Positions 49,891 to 63,690 of a DNA stretch of 64,000 nucleotides are shown one piece after another (positions within the stretch are counted from its first letter, which is position 1; the number at the start of each line of letters is the position of its first letter). The position numbers were made by a program, and so were the translations under genes. Source of the DNA: Leucoraja ocellata (lineage: Eukaryota). The notes beneath the pieces were generated by a model. That model had not been told where the DNA came from, ran no database searches, and worked only from the letters and a program-made list of their open reading frames with translations. Location: NCBI GenBank assembly GCA_036785375.1, contig JAWMAR010000021.1, positions 4,898,001 to 4,962,000 of the forward strand, in the 5' to 3' direction.

Positions 49891-50842
49891 GCCTTGTATG
49901 AACGATGGAAATGAATGAATCGCACAATTATTAGACCAATGCAAATTCTTGCAAACTTGGGCCGAAGGGCCTGTATGCTGTATCTCTGAAATAAATCTGC
50001 CCTGCAACACGATGTCCGGCCAGCAGGGCTGTGTTACGAAGCCGGAGCAAAAAGTTGGTGGCCCTACCTGAGAGTGTTGAACTTCGCACGTGTTTCTCCT
50101 TTGTGTTGTGAGGGTAAACCTGCTGGGTAAACCATCCACCCTGCCTAGCCTCTGGTGTAACTGACTCACTGGTTAGGGCAGAGGGTTCAGCAGGGACTCA
50201 CCGCCACTGAACGAGTGAAGGGGAGGAGAGACAAGAACAAAGTAAAGCAAGGATCTTTGAAGTAAAGGGAGCTGGAGAAGGAGTGGCACTGCAGCAGCAG
50301 GCAAGTACAGGGAGCTGGAGTAGGGGCCGGCTACAATGAGGAACAACAACAACTGCTGCTGCAGCGTAAAGGGGGCGTTGAGGAACTGAAATGTTGGTCA
50401 CTCCTCCCTCATCGATACCAGCAGCTGCGAACCGCCAGTCAAGACACATGGACGGGAAAGAAGCAAGGATCTGCTGCAGTCCGGTGCACCGGCCAATCCT
50501 TTGTGAATCACAACGCTCAGCCAGCGCCAGCATCGATGCATTTCACGGACCCTGTGCGGGAATGCACTGGTAACATCGGACGGGATTACAAGACTGAGGA
50601 CTGAGTCAGAGAGTGGGAGCCAGCCAGCGCCGGTGAACTGGATTGAATGACCACTGAATAGGTCGCACAGTCTACTGCTTGTTCTTGCACTGGTCAGAGA
50701 AGAACCGTGGAAATGTTAGCAAGGGGGAACAATTCACGTTCTTGCCCCCTAAAGAGGAGAAACTATTGAATTTCTTTGCAAAATCCAACTGCGCTGCCCT
50801 AGTGCACGGTGATGAAGTCTATCTATCTATCTATCTATCTAT

Positions 50843-50972
50843 CTGAAGAAGGGCCCCGACCCTAAACGTCGCCTGTCCACGTTCTCCAGAGATGCTGCCT
50901 GGCACGCTGACTTCCTCCAGCAGTTTGTGTTTTGCTGAATATCCCAGCATCTGCAGTTCCTCGTGTCTCTGT
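50843..50972 (+). mobile_element. Penelope pLTR fragment ~160 bp upstream of the SHISA2 ATG, preceded by (ctat)n
   Basis: ctgaagaagggccccgaccctaaacgtcgcc...cagcatctgcagttcc. Confidence 0.75.
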
Positions 50973-51087
50973 CTACCTGTTGTCGGGCTTGCGATTTCAA
51001 AGTCTTGTTGCTGATTCAGATGTCGCCCCTCCCCACCGACTTCAGAACTTTTTGATGCAGATATCTGTGTGGGTTTGGAGCCTCTAG

Positions 51088-51483
<396 letters not shown>

Positions 51484-51589
51484 TAGCAATAAACAACACA
51501 TGACGGGGCTGGAGGAACTCGGCGGGTCAGGCAGTATCTGTGCAGGAAATAGACAGGCGAATCTGTCTTCTGACTGTCCAATCTCCACC

Positions 51590-51665
51590 GATGCCACCTG
51601 TCCCGCTGGCCAAACCACCCATCTTCAGATGCTACCTGTCCCGCTGGCCAAACCACCCATCTTCA
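51590..51665 (+). repeat. 2 x 38-bp tandem duplication
   Basis: gatgc(c/t)acctgtcccgctggccaaaccacccatcttca twice. Confidence 0.92.
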
Positions 51666-52139
51666 ACTGCTGCCTGACCGCTGAGTTTACTTAAACGGAC
51701 AGCGTATTCTTCATGCTGCCCAATTCGCCCTCCACTCGCTGCCTGACCCACCCGCCGAGTTCCTCCAGCACTTTGTGTTTTGCTGAAGGTTCCAGCACCT
51801 GCAGTTCATTCTGTGCCCTCTTTGTATTACGTTACTTGCGAGAAAGCAGCGGGTCACATCGCTAATGCAGGTAAAACCAAAAGGGCAAACACAAGACGAA
51901 GAAGCAATTGAAGGAAATATTGGCAGCAGCTGATCAAGTGGTCTGTGATCGCGAACAGCAAGCAGCGTGGAGATTAGTTTAGACTGAATTCCCGTGGTGT
52001 GCAACTTGCTAGATCAGTACCTCGGTTTTGCGCTATTGTCCCAGTTACCTAGTATTACTTACCAGGAATGTATTATTGTATATTCATAGTTGCGTCAATC
52101 AACGTGCCTGTGTAAAGTTGCAGCAAGTAAGCATGTTAT

Positions 52140-52350
52140 AATGTGTATGAAGTGAACTGCAAATGCTGGTTTACACCCACGATAGACATAAAATGTTGGA
52201 GTAACTCAGCGGGTCAGGCAGCATCTCTAGAGAAAATGAATAAGGTGACGTTTCCAGTCGAGACCCTTCAGTCTGAAGAAAAAATGTCTCGACCCGAAGC
52301 GTCAACTGTTCATTTTCGCTAGAGATGCTGCCGAATTACTTCAGCATTTC
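52140..52350. mobile_element. Fold-back Penelope pLTR-derived element
   Basis: ggcagcatctctag...ggtgacgtttc...cttcag, then tctgaagaa...cgacccgaagcgtc...ctagagatgctgcc. Confidence 0.78.
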
Positions 52351-54279
52351 ATAAGATCCATGTCGGACATAGAACAGCACAGCTCTGGAACAGGCCCTTC
52401 GGCCCACAATGTCTGTGTCCACCATGATAACAAGTTCAACTAATCTTCTCAACCTGCACATGATCCATATCCCTCCATATCTAAAATACCTCTCTAAACG
52501 CCAATTGACCAGTCCGTGGGACTGTGGAGAGGTACATACAATGGCCCACTGACTGACTGACTGACCTGCGGCGGAGAGGCATGCACTGCGGACTATCTCC
52601 ACAGAGGCACAGATGTGGCACTGGCTGAGGCAAAGCGATGGCAGAACATTGTCTGACACACGAGCGAACGAAAAGTCCGTGGGACAAATGTCCCAGCTCC
52701 CCAATTCTGCCTCCTCTTTAGCTGTGTGTGTGTGTGGAACACAGTGCCTTTGTTACTAAGTTAAATGTTGGAAGAACTCAGCACATGAGGCAGGTGGGAC
52801 TAGTGTAGTTGGGACATGTTGGCCGGTGTGGGCAAGTTGGGCCGAAGGGCCTGTTTCCACACTGTATCACTCTTTGACTCGATGCATTTATAACGTGGGA
52901 GGATAAAACCAGACGACTTTCTCGTCCAGAACGGGGTCCCTGCTTCCGTTCAGAAAGTATGCTCTTGTGGGCTTTAGTCTTTAAGACCAGGGAGACCCAT
53001 GCATTGGAGAAGCTTCAGACAGAGTGTGTCGACATAGACTTTAACTGGAGCACTTGTGCAACTTAACAACCCGGGAGAGCCGTCCGTCTATCGTGGCAGC
53101 GGCGTGCAGGGCGGTGCATTGGGAACGACCGTGCGGAGCCAGCCCTCCCTCACTCGTTGAAAGCGGGAGCAGGACATGTCAGGAACTGACCACATGAGGT
53201 CCGTTGCGTTGCACAGAAAAACATGTAAATGCAAACCGTACCGCCTTTTATGGCGATCGGCAGTTCCCAGCTATTTCTCCATCATTTAGTTGCAACTAAT
53301 TGGTCTCTTTAAAAAAAAAACAAAAGACGGTGTTTAGAAGAGACAGATTCCAGTGTACAATCTTGGGCTGTTATGTTTCATAACATCGCGGTTTATTTCC
53401 AAACCTCACCACATAGAATGCACGGTCTAGGTTTGAAATTGTTGTTATTATCGAAAAATAAGCGTTGTCCACTCATGCTAAAAGTGGCAATTACAAAGAT
53501 AATTTAGTGTTTTTGAGAGGTATTTAATGGTGCATTGCAATAAAATTCAAAGACCACACAAGTGAGTGAAAGTTTGCAAGGTCTCAAAAAAACATCCAGA
53601 CAAAAGCACAACAAATAAACCCGGCAAAATAAATAACTTCCCCGAAGCTTCCAGTCCCAGCGCAGCGAAACAGCTGGGTCAGTTTAACTCACTGGGGATT
53701 TGTTTACTCGTGTGATATTGCTATGAATTATTTCCCACCTTAAAACGATAAACGGCATCACCTGCCTTAACACTAAGTGCTGGAGGAACTCAGCGGGTCA
53801 GGCAGCATCTGTGGAGGGAATGAACAGGCAACGTTCATTCCCTCCACAGATACTGCCTGATCCGCTGAGTTACACCAGCATTTTGTGTCTATGTGCTGGA
53901 GGAACTCAGCGGGCCAGGCAGCATATCTGGAGAGAAGGAATGGCTAACGTTTCGGGCCAAGACTGTTCTTCAGACTCTGAAGTCTACTTCATACTTCTTA
54001 CGTCTCAGAGTCTGAAGAAGGGTCTCCAGCCTTTCGTGTCTATCTTCGATTTAAACCAGCATCTGCAGTTCCTTCCTACAGAGTACCCCCAGCACTGTGT
54101 TCTGTTCAAGATTCCAGCATCTGCAGTTCGTTGTGTCTCCAATCCCTGCCTTAAACTGGGTTCAGTTTAATACCAAGGGCTTGTCCCAATAACATGTTTA
54201 TTCTTTATAGCTAGCCCGATGAGATTTCTACATGTGATAAAGCCCCCCTATCACTAGTTGGTTGCCCATCTGTTTTTTG

Positions 54280-54568
54280 ATCGATTGATAGATGCATCAT
54301 GGAAACGGGCCCTTTGGCCACTGCGTCCACGCCAATCATCGATTCACACACTAGTTCTATTTCATCCCACTTTCTCATCCACTCCCTACACACTAGGGGA
54401 AATTTACTGAGGCCAATACACCTACAAACCCGCACAACATTGGGATGTGGGAGGAAACCCACACGGTCACAGGGAGAGTGTACAAACTCCACACGGGCAG
54501 CATCCGAGGTCAGGATCAAACTTGGGTCTGTGACGCTCTTGTGGCCAGCTGTGCCACTGTGTGCTGCC
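54280..54568 (-). mobile_element. V-SINE
   Basis: Reverse-complement tail, core and head. Confidence 0.82.
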
Positions 54569-54864
54569 CTAATACATGGCCAAGTGTTCCATCCACCTCA
54601 CACTCCACAAGCCTTAGCGTTTTACTCAGTTTACAGTGAAGGGGAAGCTTTTCAATGTAGTGATGTTGGTGTTCAAACATTGCTGGGTATTTTTACAACA
54701 GCTGTTGGGGTCATAGAAGAGAAGTCTTGTGAAAACATTAGGAACACTCTTACCAGTGAGGGTATGAGACCAGAAGACATTAAATAATCATATCACAAAC
54801 TTTATTAATAACAATAATAACACTTAAACTTTGGAGTCAACTGCCATAAAACGATTAGAGTCCT

Positions 54865-55220
54865 TTATTTAGTTTAGAGATACAGCGTGGAAGTGGGCTA
54901 TTCAGCCCACAGAGTCCACACCGACCATCGATCACCCATTCACACTAGTTCTGAAGAAGGGTTCTGAACCAAAACATCACCTACTTTCTCCAGAGATGCT
55001 GCCTAACTCACTGAGTTCCTGCAGCATTTTGTGTCTATGTTCGGTATAAACCAGCATCTGCAGTTCCTTCCTCGGCACTAGTTCTATGTTATCCCTCATT
55101 CTCGTCCACTCCCTACATAGTGGGGCAATTTTCAGAAGCCAATTAACCTACAAACCCTTAGGAGTGCAGGGGGAAACTGGAGCACCCGGAGGAAACCCAC
55201 GCAGTCACAGTGGAGAACGT
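54865..55220 (-). mobile_element. V-SINE with a pLTR insert (54953-55075)
   Basis: cactagttct duplicated at 54943-54952 and 55076-55085. Confidence 0.8.
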
Positions 55221-55639
55221 GCTAACATCTTTGATAATCCTGAGTTCTTCCAGCAGTCTGTTTGTCCACTTTTAGAATCTATACACTGAGTTTCATCTCC
55301 AAAATTTTTATTTCAAAGGTTTATTCCTTTTAAAGAAATTAAGAATACTTTCATAAAGGTGCTGGTTAAAGGATAAATTATGTTTGTACAGTCTTGCTTT
55401 ACTTTCTGAAGACTGCTTCCAAGCCCAGCCATGGTGGCATGAAACGGTATTTGTGGTATAAAAGGTATAGATAGGGCTTTGTCATGTTCAGGTCAAGATG
55501 CTGCCCCTGTGCCAACTCTCCATATCGACTGGGAAAAGAACTACAAGCTGAACAGAACACCATGAAAAGGGACTATTCTTTTACCACCACAGGAAGGAAG
55601 ACCAAGGGGTGGGAGTGCATGGAACACATTTTACACCAA

Positions 55640-56080
55640 AGGTAGACACAAAATGCTGGAGTAACTCAGCGGGTCATGCAGCTTCTATGGGGAAAACAAA
55701 TAGGTGACGTTTCGGGTCGAAACCCTTCTTCAGACTGAGAGTTGGGGGGAGGGAAACAAAAGGTATGAAAAGGTTCAGAACAAATCAGAGCTGACAGTGA
55801 AGAGAAAGGTAGGAGGAGGGAAGGTGGAGCCCACAATGGTCCATTGTTGGCTGTGGAAATGGTGATAATGAAGGTATATATGGATGCGAACAGTGGAACC
55901 TGCAGGATGACTAGGGTGTGGGAGGGACAGAAAGAGGGAATGCAAGGGTTATTTGAAATTAGAAAAAAAATCAAGATTCACAACACTGGGTTGAGCTGCC
56001 CAAGTGAAATGTGAGGTGTTGTTCCTCCAATTTGTTTGTGGCCTCACTCTGACAGTGGAGGAGGCCCAGGACAGAAAGGT
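55640..56080 (-). mobile_element. Penelope 3' fragment with intact hammerhead motif
   Basis: Reverse complement of the GIY-YIG end (NWRNNTSHF frame as in 39253 ORF) plus pLTR. Confidence 0.8.
55703..55736 (-). ncRNA. Minimal hammerhead ribozyme-like motif (best copy)
   Basis: Reverse complement AGT-CTGAAGA-A-GGGT(TTCG)ACCC-GAAA-CGTC-ACC; palindromic ACGT stem III, GUC cleavage triplet. Confidence 0.65.
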
Positions 56081-57361
56081 CTGAAGTTCCTTCTTACACA
56101 TTTTACACAGGTGGTGGGTCCATGGAGCACATTTTACACAGAGGGAGTGCCTGGAACATTTTTGCAAGGAGGGTGGGAGGTGCCTGGAACAAGCTATCAG
56201 CTGCTCCAAATATTTCAATGCAATGACAGTGTAAATGTATAATGCAGAGTTATTTACAATGCATTTTGAAGATTGGACTTTAAGGTCACTCCCACCCTTG
56301 TGTGCACTGGAACTAGTGCTGGCTGCATGGAAACTTGCATGAACAGTACTACTGGTATACTAACAGATTAGGAAGACGGGCCATTCAGAGTTAAATCTAG
56401 TTATTGCTGTGTGTTACATACTAATCTTATGGATGTGTGTGCATTGGTCCATAACTCCTACTGTTACTTTACATTCAATGTTTGGGGAATCTCTTTGGAC
56501 ATGCCAGCAAACGAAATAAATTTGAAATCGGCCTGAAGAAGGGTCCCTACCCGAAACCTCGCCTACCCGTGTTCTCCAGAGATGCCGCCTGACCCGCCAA
56601 GTTGCTCCATCACTTTGTGTCTTTTTTTTCTAAACTAGCATCTGCAGTGCCACGTTATAGTCATACAGCATGGAAACCAGCCATTCGGCCTAACTTGGCC
56701 ATGCCGACCAAGATGTCCCATCTTCACTCATCCCACCTGCCCACCTTTGGCCAATATCCCACTAAACATTTCCTATTCGTGTACTTGTCCAAATGTCTTT
56801 TGAACTTTGTGATAGTATCTGTCTCAACTACCTCATCTGGCAGCTCGTTCCATTTACCCACCAAACTTCTGTGTGGAAAAAGTTACCATTCTCATTCCTA
56901 TTAAAACCTTCCCCTCTCACCTTAAACATATGACCTCTGGTTCTTGATTCTCCTACTCAAGATAAAAGACTCTGTGACTTTTCCTTGCAGTCCTTCTTAA
57001 ATAAACATTAGCCACCCTCCAGTCTTCTGGTACCTCACCTGTATCTCCAAAATCAATACAGTATCAGATGACAGTGACAAGTTGCCCCAGTGTTCATTGT
57101 TTAGTGTGAAAACTCTTTGTATTTCTTTGAATCCAATCTAACTCAACCTTGCTATCATTTAGAGCAGCAATTGGATATTCTTCTCCATGTTGTGCTTCAA
57201 ATAATTGTGGTCTGTGAACATTTCCCGAGATGTGTCACCAGACTGCAATGTGGGTACAGGGTGAAGTATTGGGAGTGTTGCATCTTACAATTATTTATCC
57301 ATAATATTAGCTGTGACGTTATTCAGCAGGGAGGTAACAAATGACATTTTATCACAGAATT

Positions 57362-57665
57362 CAGCATGGTGGCGCAGCGGTAGAGTTGCAGCCTTAGAGT
57401 GGCAGAGACCCGGGTTTGTTCGATCCTGACTACGGGTGCTGTCTGTACGGAGTTTGTACATTGTCCCTGTGTCCGAATGGGTTTTCTCTGGGTGCTCCGG
57501 CTTCCTCCCACTCTTCAAAGATGTACAGGTTTGTAGGTTAATTGGCTTTGGTAAAATGGTTAAATTGTCCCGAGTGTGAATGATAGTGCTGGTGTACGGG
57601 GTGATTGTGGTTGGCGCGGACTTGGTGTGCCGAAGGGCCTGTTTCTGCGCTGTCTCTCTAAAGTC
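57362..57665 (+). mobile_element. V-SINE
   Basis: ggtggcgcagcggtagag A-box, gttcgatcc B-box, V-domain, tail. Confidence 0.88.
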
Positions 57666-58169
57666 TAATGTAAAGATCTAGATAATGGATTACTGGGCAA
57701 GACAGCAGAAGCACTGGCAACTGTTTTTGCTTTGTCCTTGTTCTCTTAACTGGTTGCTATCAGAGCAATAGGTTTGCATGAATATGCTGAGTAATCTCAA
57801 TCACATCTGCGGCAATTATTATAATCAACTATTCTATTACTCTTCTCCCCAATGGGAAATGCACGTTAGGCTCGTCCGATAGCATTTGCGTTGTAATGTC
57901 AAACCTATTGATAATTATTGATTCTAACCAAAGACTATCTAATTCATAGAACAGTACAGCACATGCCTTTCTAAACATTATTCCCTTTATCATGTATCTG
58001 TACACTGTGGACGGTTTGATTGGGATCATGTACAGACTTTTTACTGACTGGATAGCATGTAACAAGAAGCTTTTCACTGTACACATGACAATAATAACCC
58101 AAACTAAAATAAACTAAACAATGTCTGTACTGAACTGTACATGATGCTAAGTTAAACTGCGTGCACATG

Positions 58170-59200
58170 ACCCATATCCCTCCATTCCCTGCATATCCAT
58201 GTGCCTGTCTAAAAGACTTAAATATCACTATGGTATCTGCCTTTACCACTGTTCCTGGCCGCATGTTCCAGGCACCCAAACCTTGCCGCACACATCTTCT
58301 TTAAACCTTTCCCCTCCCATCTTAAAGCTATGTTCTCTAGTGTGTGACATTTTCACCCACTGACTTTCAACTCCACCTCCGCCTCTTAACGCTCCAAGAA
58401 AACAAATGTCCAACCTTTCCACTCAGCTAATACCCACTATTCCAGGCAGCATGCTGGGAAATCTCTTCTGCAAGCTCTCCAAAGCCTCCATCCTGCAACT
58501 GCAACCATAACTGCACACTATACTCCAGACAGCCTGACCAACATTTCTTTGAAAGCAGCAACATGACTTCCTGACTTACACTCAAGTTATAGTCGTACAG
58601 CGTGGAAATAATCTCTTCGGCCCAACTTGCCAAAGCCACCCAACATGTCCCATCTACACTAGTGTTTGGCCCATATCCCTCTAAACCTGTCCTATCTATG
58701 TACTGTAAATGTTTCTTAAACGTTGTGATGGTACTTGCCTCAACTACATCCACCTCATTCCATATATCCACCACTCTTTGTGTAAAAAAAGTGACCCCTC
58801 GGGTTCCTATTAAGTCTTCGTCTCCTCACCTTAAACCTATGTCCTCTCGCTGTCCTCTGATGAAGGCAAGCATACCACATGTTATCTTTACAACTCTATG
58901 TGCTTGTGTTGCCACTTTCAGGGAGCTATAGACTTGAACCCCCAAGATCCTTCTGTACATCAATGCTGTTAAGAGTCTTGCCTTTAAGTGTATACCTTTA
59001 ACCCCCGTCTTCAACCTGCTACATTGCAACACCTCACACTTGCCCGGATTAAACTCCATCAGCCATTTCTCTGCCCATATCTGTAACAGATCTATATCCT
59101 TTGACAGCTTTCCTCACTACTTGTAGCTCCAACAATTTTTGTCATAGGCAGACCTACTAACCAACTCATCAACATGTTCTTCCAAGTCGCTGACATAGAT
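58170..59200 (-). mobile_element. Old CR1 fragments, nested
   Basis: MEFNPGKCEVL, LEYSVQLW, VDIWNE on the minus strand. Confidence 0.75.
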
Positions 59201-59577
59201 TCGATCGGTTTTGACAATGTTTTCTCATAAGGTTGGGCCATGCCTCTTTCTAACCTATCATTCCCTGTTGCTAGGGGGAGTTCTACCAGACTATGTATTT
59301 ATAATCAATCATGAGTTTTATCACGCAGCTAGTTTGTCTTGTTAAAAACTGTAACCTGCAATTAGCTACGCCAATGGCTCATTACATGCGTCAGGTATAC
59401 AAGCACTTGTCTCCACACTGCAGCCTAACATAGCCCTGAGCTGAGGGTTTGTGTGATTTATCACATACCCAGCATTGTCTGTCCACCAAAACTATTCACC
59501 AACAGCAGTGTATCCAGCTGTAGAACTTCTGCAGAGAACCAAGCCTTGTTCTCAATCAGCCTTGTTGTTATCAAGTA

Positions 59578-59847
59578 CAGCATGGAGGCACAGCAGTAGA
59601 GTTGCTGCCTTACAGCACAGAGACCCGGGTTCGATCCTGACTAAGGATGCTGTCTGTACAGAGTTTGTACGTTCTCCCTGTGACCACATGGGTGCTCCTG
59701 TTTCATCCCATACTCCAAAGACGTGCGGGTTTGTAGGTTAATTGGCTTCGGTAAAGTTTGTAAATTGTCCACAGTGCTAGTGTACGGGGATCGTTGGTCA
59801 GCGTGGACTCGATGGGCCGAAGGGCCTGTTTCCACACTGTATCTCTT
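59578..59847 (+). mobile_element. V-SINE
   Basis: gacccgggttcgatcctgac head, tail gggccgaagggcctgtttccacactgtatctc. Confidence 0.87.
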
Positions 59848-59857
59848 AAAAAAAACC

Positions 59858-60200
59858 CCAGTCATCCCCTCTTCACCCCTCTCCTATCGGGCAGAAGATA
59901 CAAAAGCATGAAAGCGGGTACCGCCAGATTCATGAACAGCTTATTCCCCGCTGTTATCGGACTACTGAACGGTGAAATCGAGGGTGTAATCCCCATCTCC
60001 CAACCTTCCGCACTATCTCCTTAACTTTATTTTCTCTACCACTGGAACTCTGATGCTGTAAGACTACATTCTGCACTCAGCTATTTTTCTCTTTGTACTA
60101 ACTCTTGTACTTGATGTGGCTTGTTTGTGCTCGTGTATAGTATGACTTGATTGGATAGCATGCATCACAGAGATTTTGGTACTCGTGTCAACAACAAACC
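59858..60200 (+). mobile_element. Rex1/Babar-type LINE 3' fragment
   Basis: SHPLFTPLLSGRRYKSMKAGTARFMNSLFPAVIGLLN. Confidence 0.78.
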
Positions 60201-61254
60201 AACCAACATATTTGGAGTCACAGAGTCGTACAGCGTGGAAATAGGTTCAACGTGCCCACGCCGGCCACCGTGGCCCATCTACACTGGTCCCACCTGCCTG
60301 CATTTGGCCCATATCCCTGTAAACTGGTCCTAGCCATGTACCTGTCTAAATGTTACTTAAACATTTCAATAGTACCTGCCTCGACTATCTCATCCGACAA
60401 CACGTCCATACATCCATCTCACCCCCCCCCCCCCCCCCTCCCCACCCCTTACCTTAAACCTGTCCTTTGGTTCTCTGCCCCCAGACTGGGCAAAATACAA
60501 TACAATACCATTTATTGTCATTTGAACCTCAAATTAAATTCAAACAAAATTTGGTTTCTGCAGTCATACAACAACAAGAAAAACTAAGACACACAATTAA
60601 CACAATTCACACAAACATCCATCACAGTGAATCTCCTCCTCACTGTGATGGGAAGGCAGAGTCATTGTCTCGCCCCTGTTTTCCATTCTTCTCCCGATGT
60701 TAAAACTGTAAAAAAACTCTGCATTTACCCAATCTATTCCTCTCGTGATTTTGCACACTTCTATAAGATCACCCCTCATCCTCCCGCGCTGCAAGGAATA
60801 GTCCTAAATATAGAACAATACAGTCAACATTCCTGGAGAAAAGGAATAGGTGCCGGTTCAGGTCGGAAACTTCCTCGGTCCTTTTTCTCCAGAGATGCCG
60901 AGTTACTCCAGAATTTTGTGTCTATCTTCAGTATATAAACCAGCATCTGCAGTTCCTTCCTACACTTAGAACAGCACTGGCACGGCCCTTCATGCCGGGC
61001 GTTACATGTGGGAGCCTAGTGCATCATATGCAACCCTCTGTTGCTACACTACCGTCCAACATAGCCCTGAGCTAAAGCTTTATGTGAGTTATCGCATCAC
61101 AGAGAGTGCATATTGTGTGCCACTGAAACTATTTACCAACCCAGGTGCCCAGTGCCCAGGTGTTGATCTACTACAGAGAACGCAGCCTTATTCTGAAAAT
61201 GGCAAAACTTTAAATCAGTTCAATAGCTGAAGTCTCCCATATTATCAATAAATT

Positions 61255-61710
61255 GACTGAGTATATAATGTTGCAGTTGTATAATAGGTTGGTGAGGCCA
61301 CATTTAGAGTATTGTGTTCTGTTCTGGGCACTATGTTACAGGAAAGATGTTGTCAAGTTGGAAAGGGTGCAGAGAAGATTTACGAGGATGTTGCCAGGAC
61401 TCGAGGGCCTGAGCTATAGGGGGAGATTGATCAGGCTGGGACTATTCCTTGGAGTGTACAAAATCATGAGAGGAATAGATCGGGTAGACGCGGGTGAGGG
61501 GAAGGAAAGATTTAATAGGAACCTGAGAGGTACTTTTTTCACACAAAGGGTGGTGGGTGTATGGAACGTGCTGCCAAGGACTATTGCAATGTTTAAGAAA
61601 CAATTAGACAGGTGCATAGATAGGACAGGTTTGGTGGGATAGGGGCCAAACTCGGGCAGGTGGGACTAGTGTAGATGGGACGTGTTAGTCAGTGTGGGCA
61701 AGTTGGGCAG
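61255..61710 (+). mobile_element. CR1 3' fragment
   Basis: LVRPHLEYCVLFW...LERVQRRFTRMLPGL. Confidence 0.87.
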
Positions 61711-62936
61711 CATCTCTGGAGAACATGGATAGGTGAAGTTTCGGGAAGGGACCCTTCTTCATACTGACTGAAGTTTAGGCCCTTTCTGTGTTTGAGTTGA
61801 TGGGCCCAGTTTCCTTACTTGTTGCAGAGAGCGTCGTTGTGCCTAGACGTCACATCGTGATGTTTCACAATCTTCATAAACATTTGTATCCATATTTCCA
61901 GCTCTTTCTTTGGTTCGTTTTGTGGAATCATATAGCACAGAACCAGACCCTTCAGCCTAACTTTCCCACACCGACCAAGATGCCCCATCTACACTAGTCC
62001 CACCCGCTCGCATTTAGCCATATCCCTATAAACCTTTCCTATCCATGTACCTGTCCAAATGTCTTTTAAATGTTATTATTTGTACCTGCCTAACCACCTC
62101 CTCTGGCAGTTCGATCCATATACACACCATACTCTGTGTGGAAAACATTGCCCCTCAGGTTTCTATCAAATCTTTATTGCTTAGTTTAAGTTGATCTATT
62201 ATTGTCACATGTACCAAGGTACAGTGAAAAGTTTTTTATTGAGCGCTAACTAGTCAGTGAAAAGATAAAGCAGTGGCAAGAGAGCCTGTTTCCACGCTGT
62301 ATCTCTAAACTAAACTATTCTAACGATTTAGGACATTTACACTCTCATTTTCTTTTATAATTCAATGTCTGGTTATTTTTGATCTGCCAATGTGCACAAA
62401 CGTGACTAGCTCTGACAGACATCGTGGTCAGCTTGGACTGGTTGGGCTGAATGGCCTGTTTCCTATGACTTTCTTTTGGGAGGGTTCCTTAAACTATGAT
62501 ACATATTTTATGTTGAAGGCACAATATAAAGTGCGACAATTAGTTTCTTCTCGTGTATTATTTCTCCTGATTCCGTTTGGCAGTTGATATAGAAGTTTAA
62601 ATGCGCGCACCTCAAAACTCAGGAACAGCTTATTCCCCTCTGTCATCAGGCTTCTGAATGGTCTTTGCAATGTCCCTTGCAATATTACAGACCATTAATT
62701 TTTATCGTGCATTTGGCACATAACGTGCACATTAACTTTTTAAGGGGAATGCTCTGTGCTATTTAGTTTCTTGTTTTCTGTTTCACCTTAGAGGAGGGTG
62801 TACAGAGAAATTATTGTCCTCGGAATGAAATGCACACTGATCATTACAGTTCATGAGGCACAAGTCTTCATTTGGTTCAACCTTCTCCTCTGAACAGAAA
62901 TTGTTCAAGACCAGAACGGTTTAGTTTAGGCATTAA

Positions 62937-63420
62937 GGGCAGCACAGTGATGCAGAGGTAGAGTTGTTGCCATACTGCACCAGAAACTCAGCTTCCATCC
63001 TGACTACGGATGCTGTCTTTATGGAGTTTGCACCTTCTCACCATGACCATGTGGATTTTCTCCGGGTGCTCCAGTTTCCTCCCACATTCAAGTCAAGTCA
63101 AGTTTATTCGTCACATACACATACGAGATGCGCAGTGAAATGAAAAGTGGCAATGCTCGCGGACTTTGTGCAAAAAGACAAACAAACAAACAAACTATAA
63201 ACACAATCATAAACACACATATTCTTTTACATATTAAATATTGGAAGGAAAAACGTTCAGTAAAGTTAGTCCAAAAGGTGTGCAGGTTTGTAGGTTAATT
63301 GGCTTCTGTAAATTGTCCCTAGTATGTAGGCTAGAGCTAGTGTTTGGGTGATTGTTGGTCAGGGTACACTCGGTGGGCCAATAGGCCTGTTTCCACTCAG
63401 TATCTCTAAACTACGCTAAA
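62937..63420 (+). mobile_element. V-SINE with an internal insert (63088-63270)
   Basis: Core interrupted after cccacatt by (caagt)n and resumes at ccaaaagg. Confidence 0.78.
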
Positions 63421-63690
63421 AAAAGATACAGCATGGCACAAGGCCCTTTAGCCCACAGTCCATGTCAAGCATCAATTTCCCTTTCACACTAGTTCGATGT
63501 TATACCAATTTCTCATCCACTCCCTACACGTTAGGGGCAATTTACAGAGGCGAAGAAACCTACAAACCCGTACGACTTTGGGATGTGGGTGGAAACCCAC
63601 ACGGTCACAGGAACAACGTGCAAACTTCACACAGACTGCACCTGAGGTCAGGATCGAACCAGAGCCTCTGGTGAGGCGAGGTGGCGAATC
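63421..63690 (-). mobile_element. V-SINE, tail-to-tail with the previous copy
   Basis: Reverse-complement tail and ggatcgaacc B-box. Confidence 0.78.
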
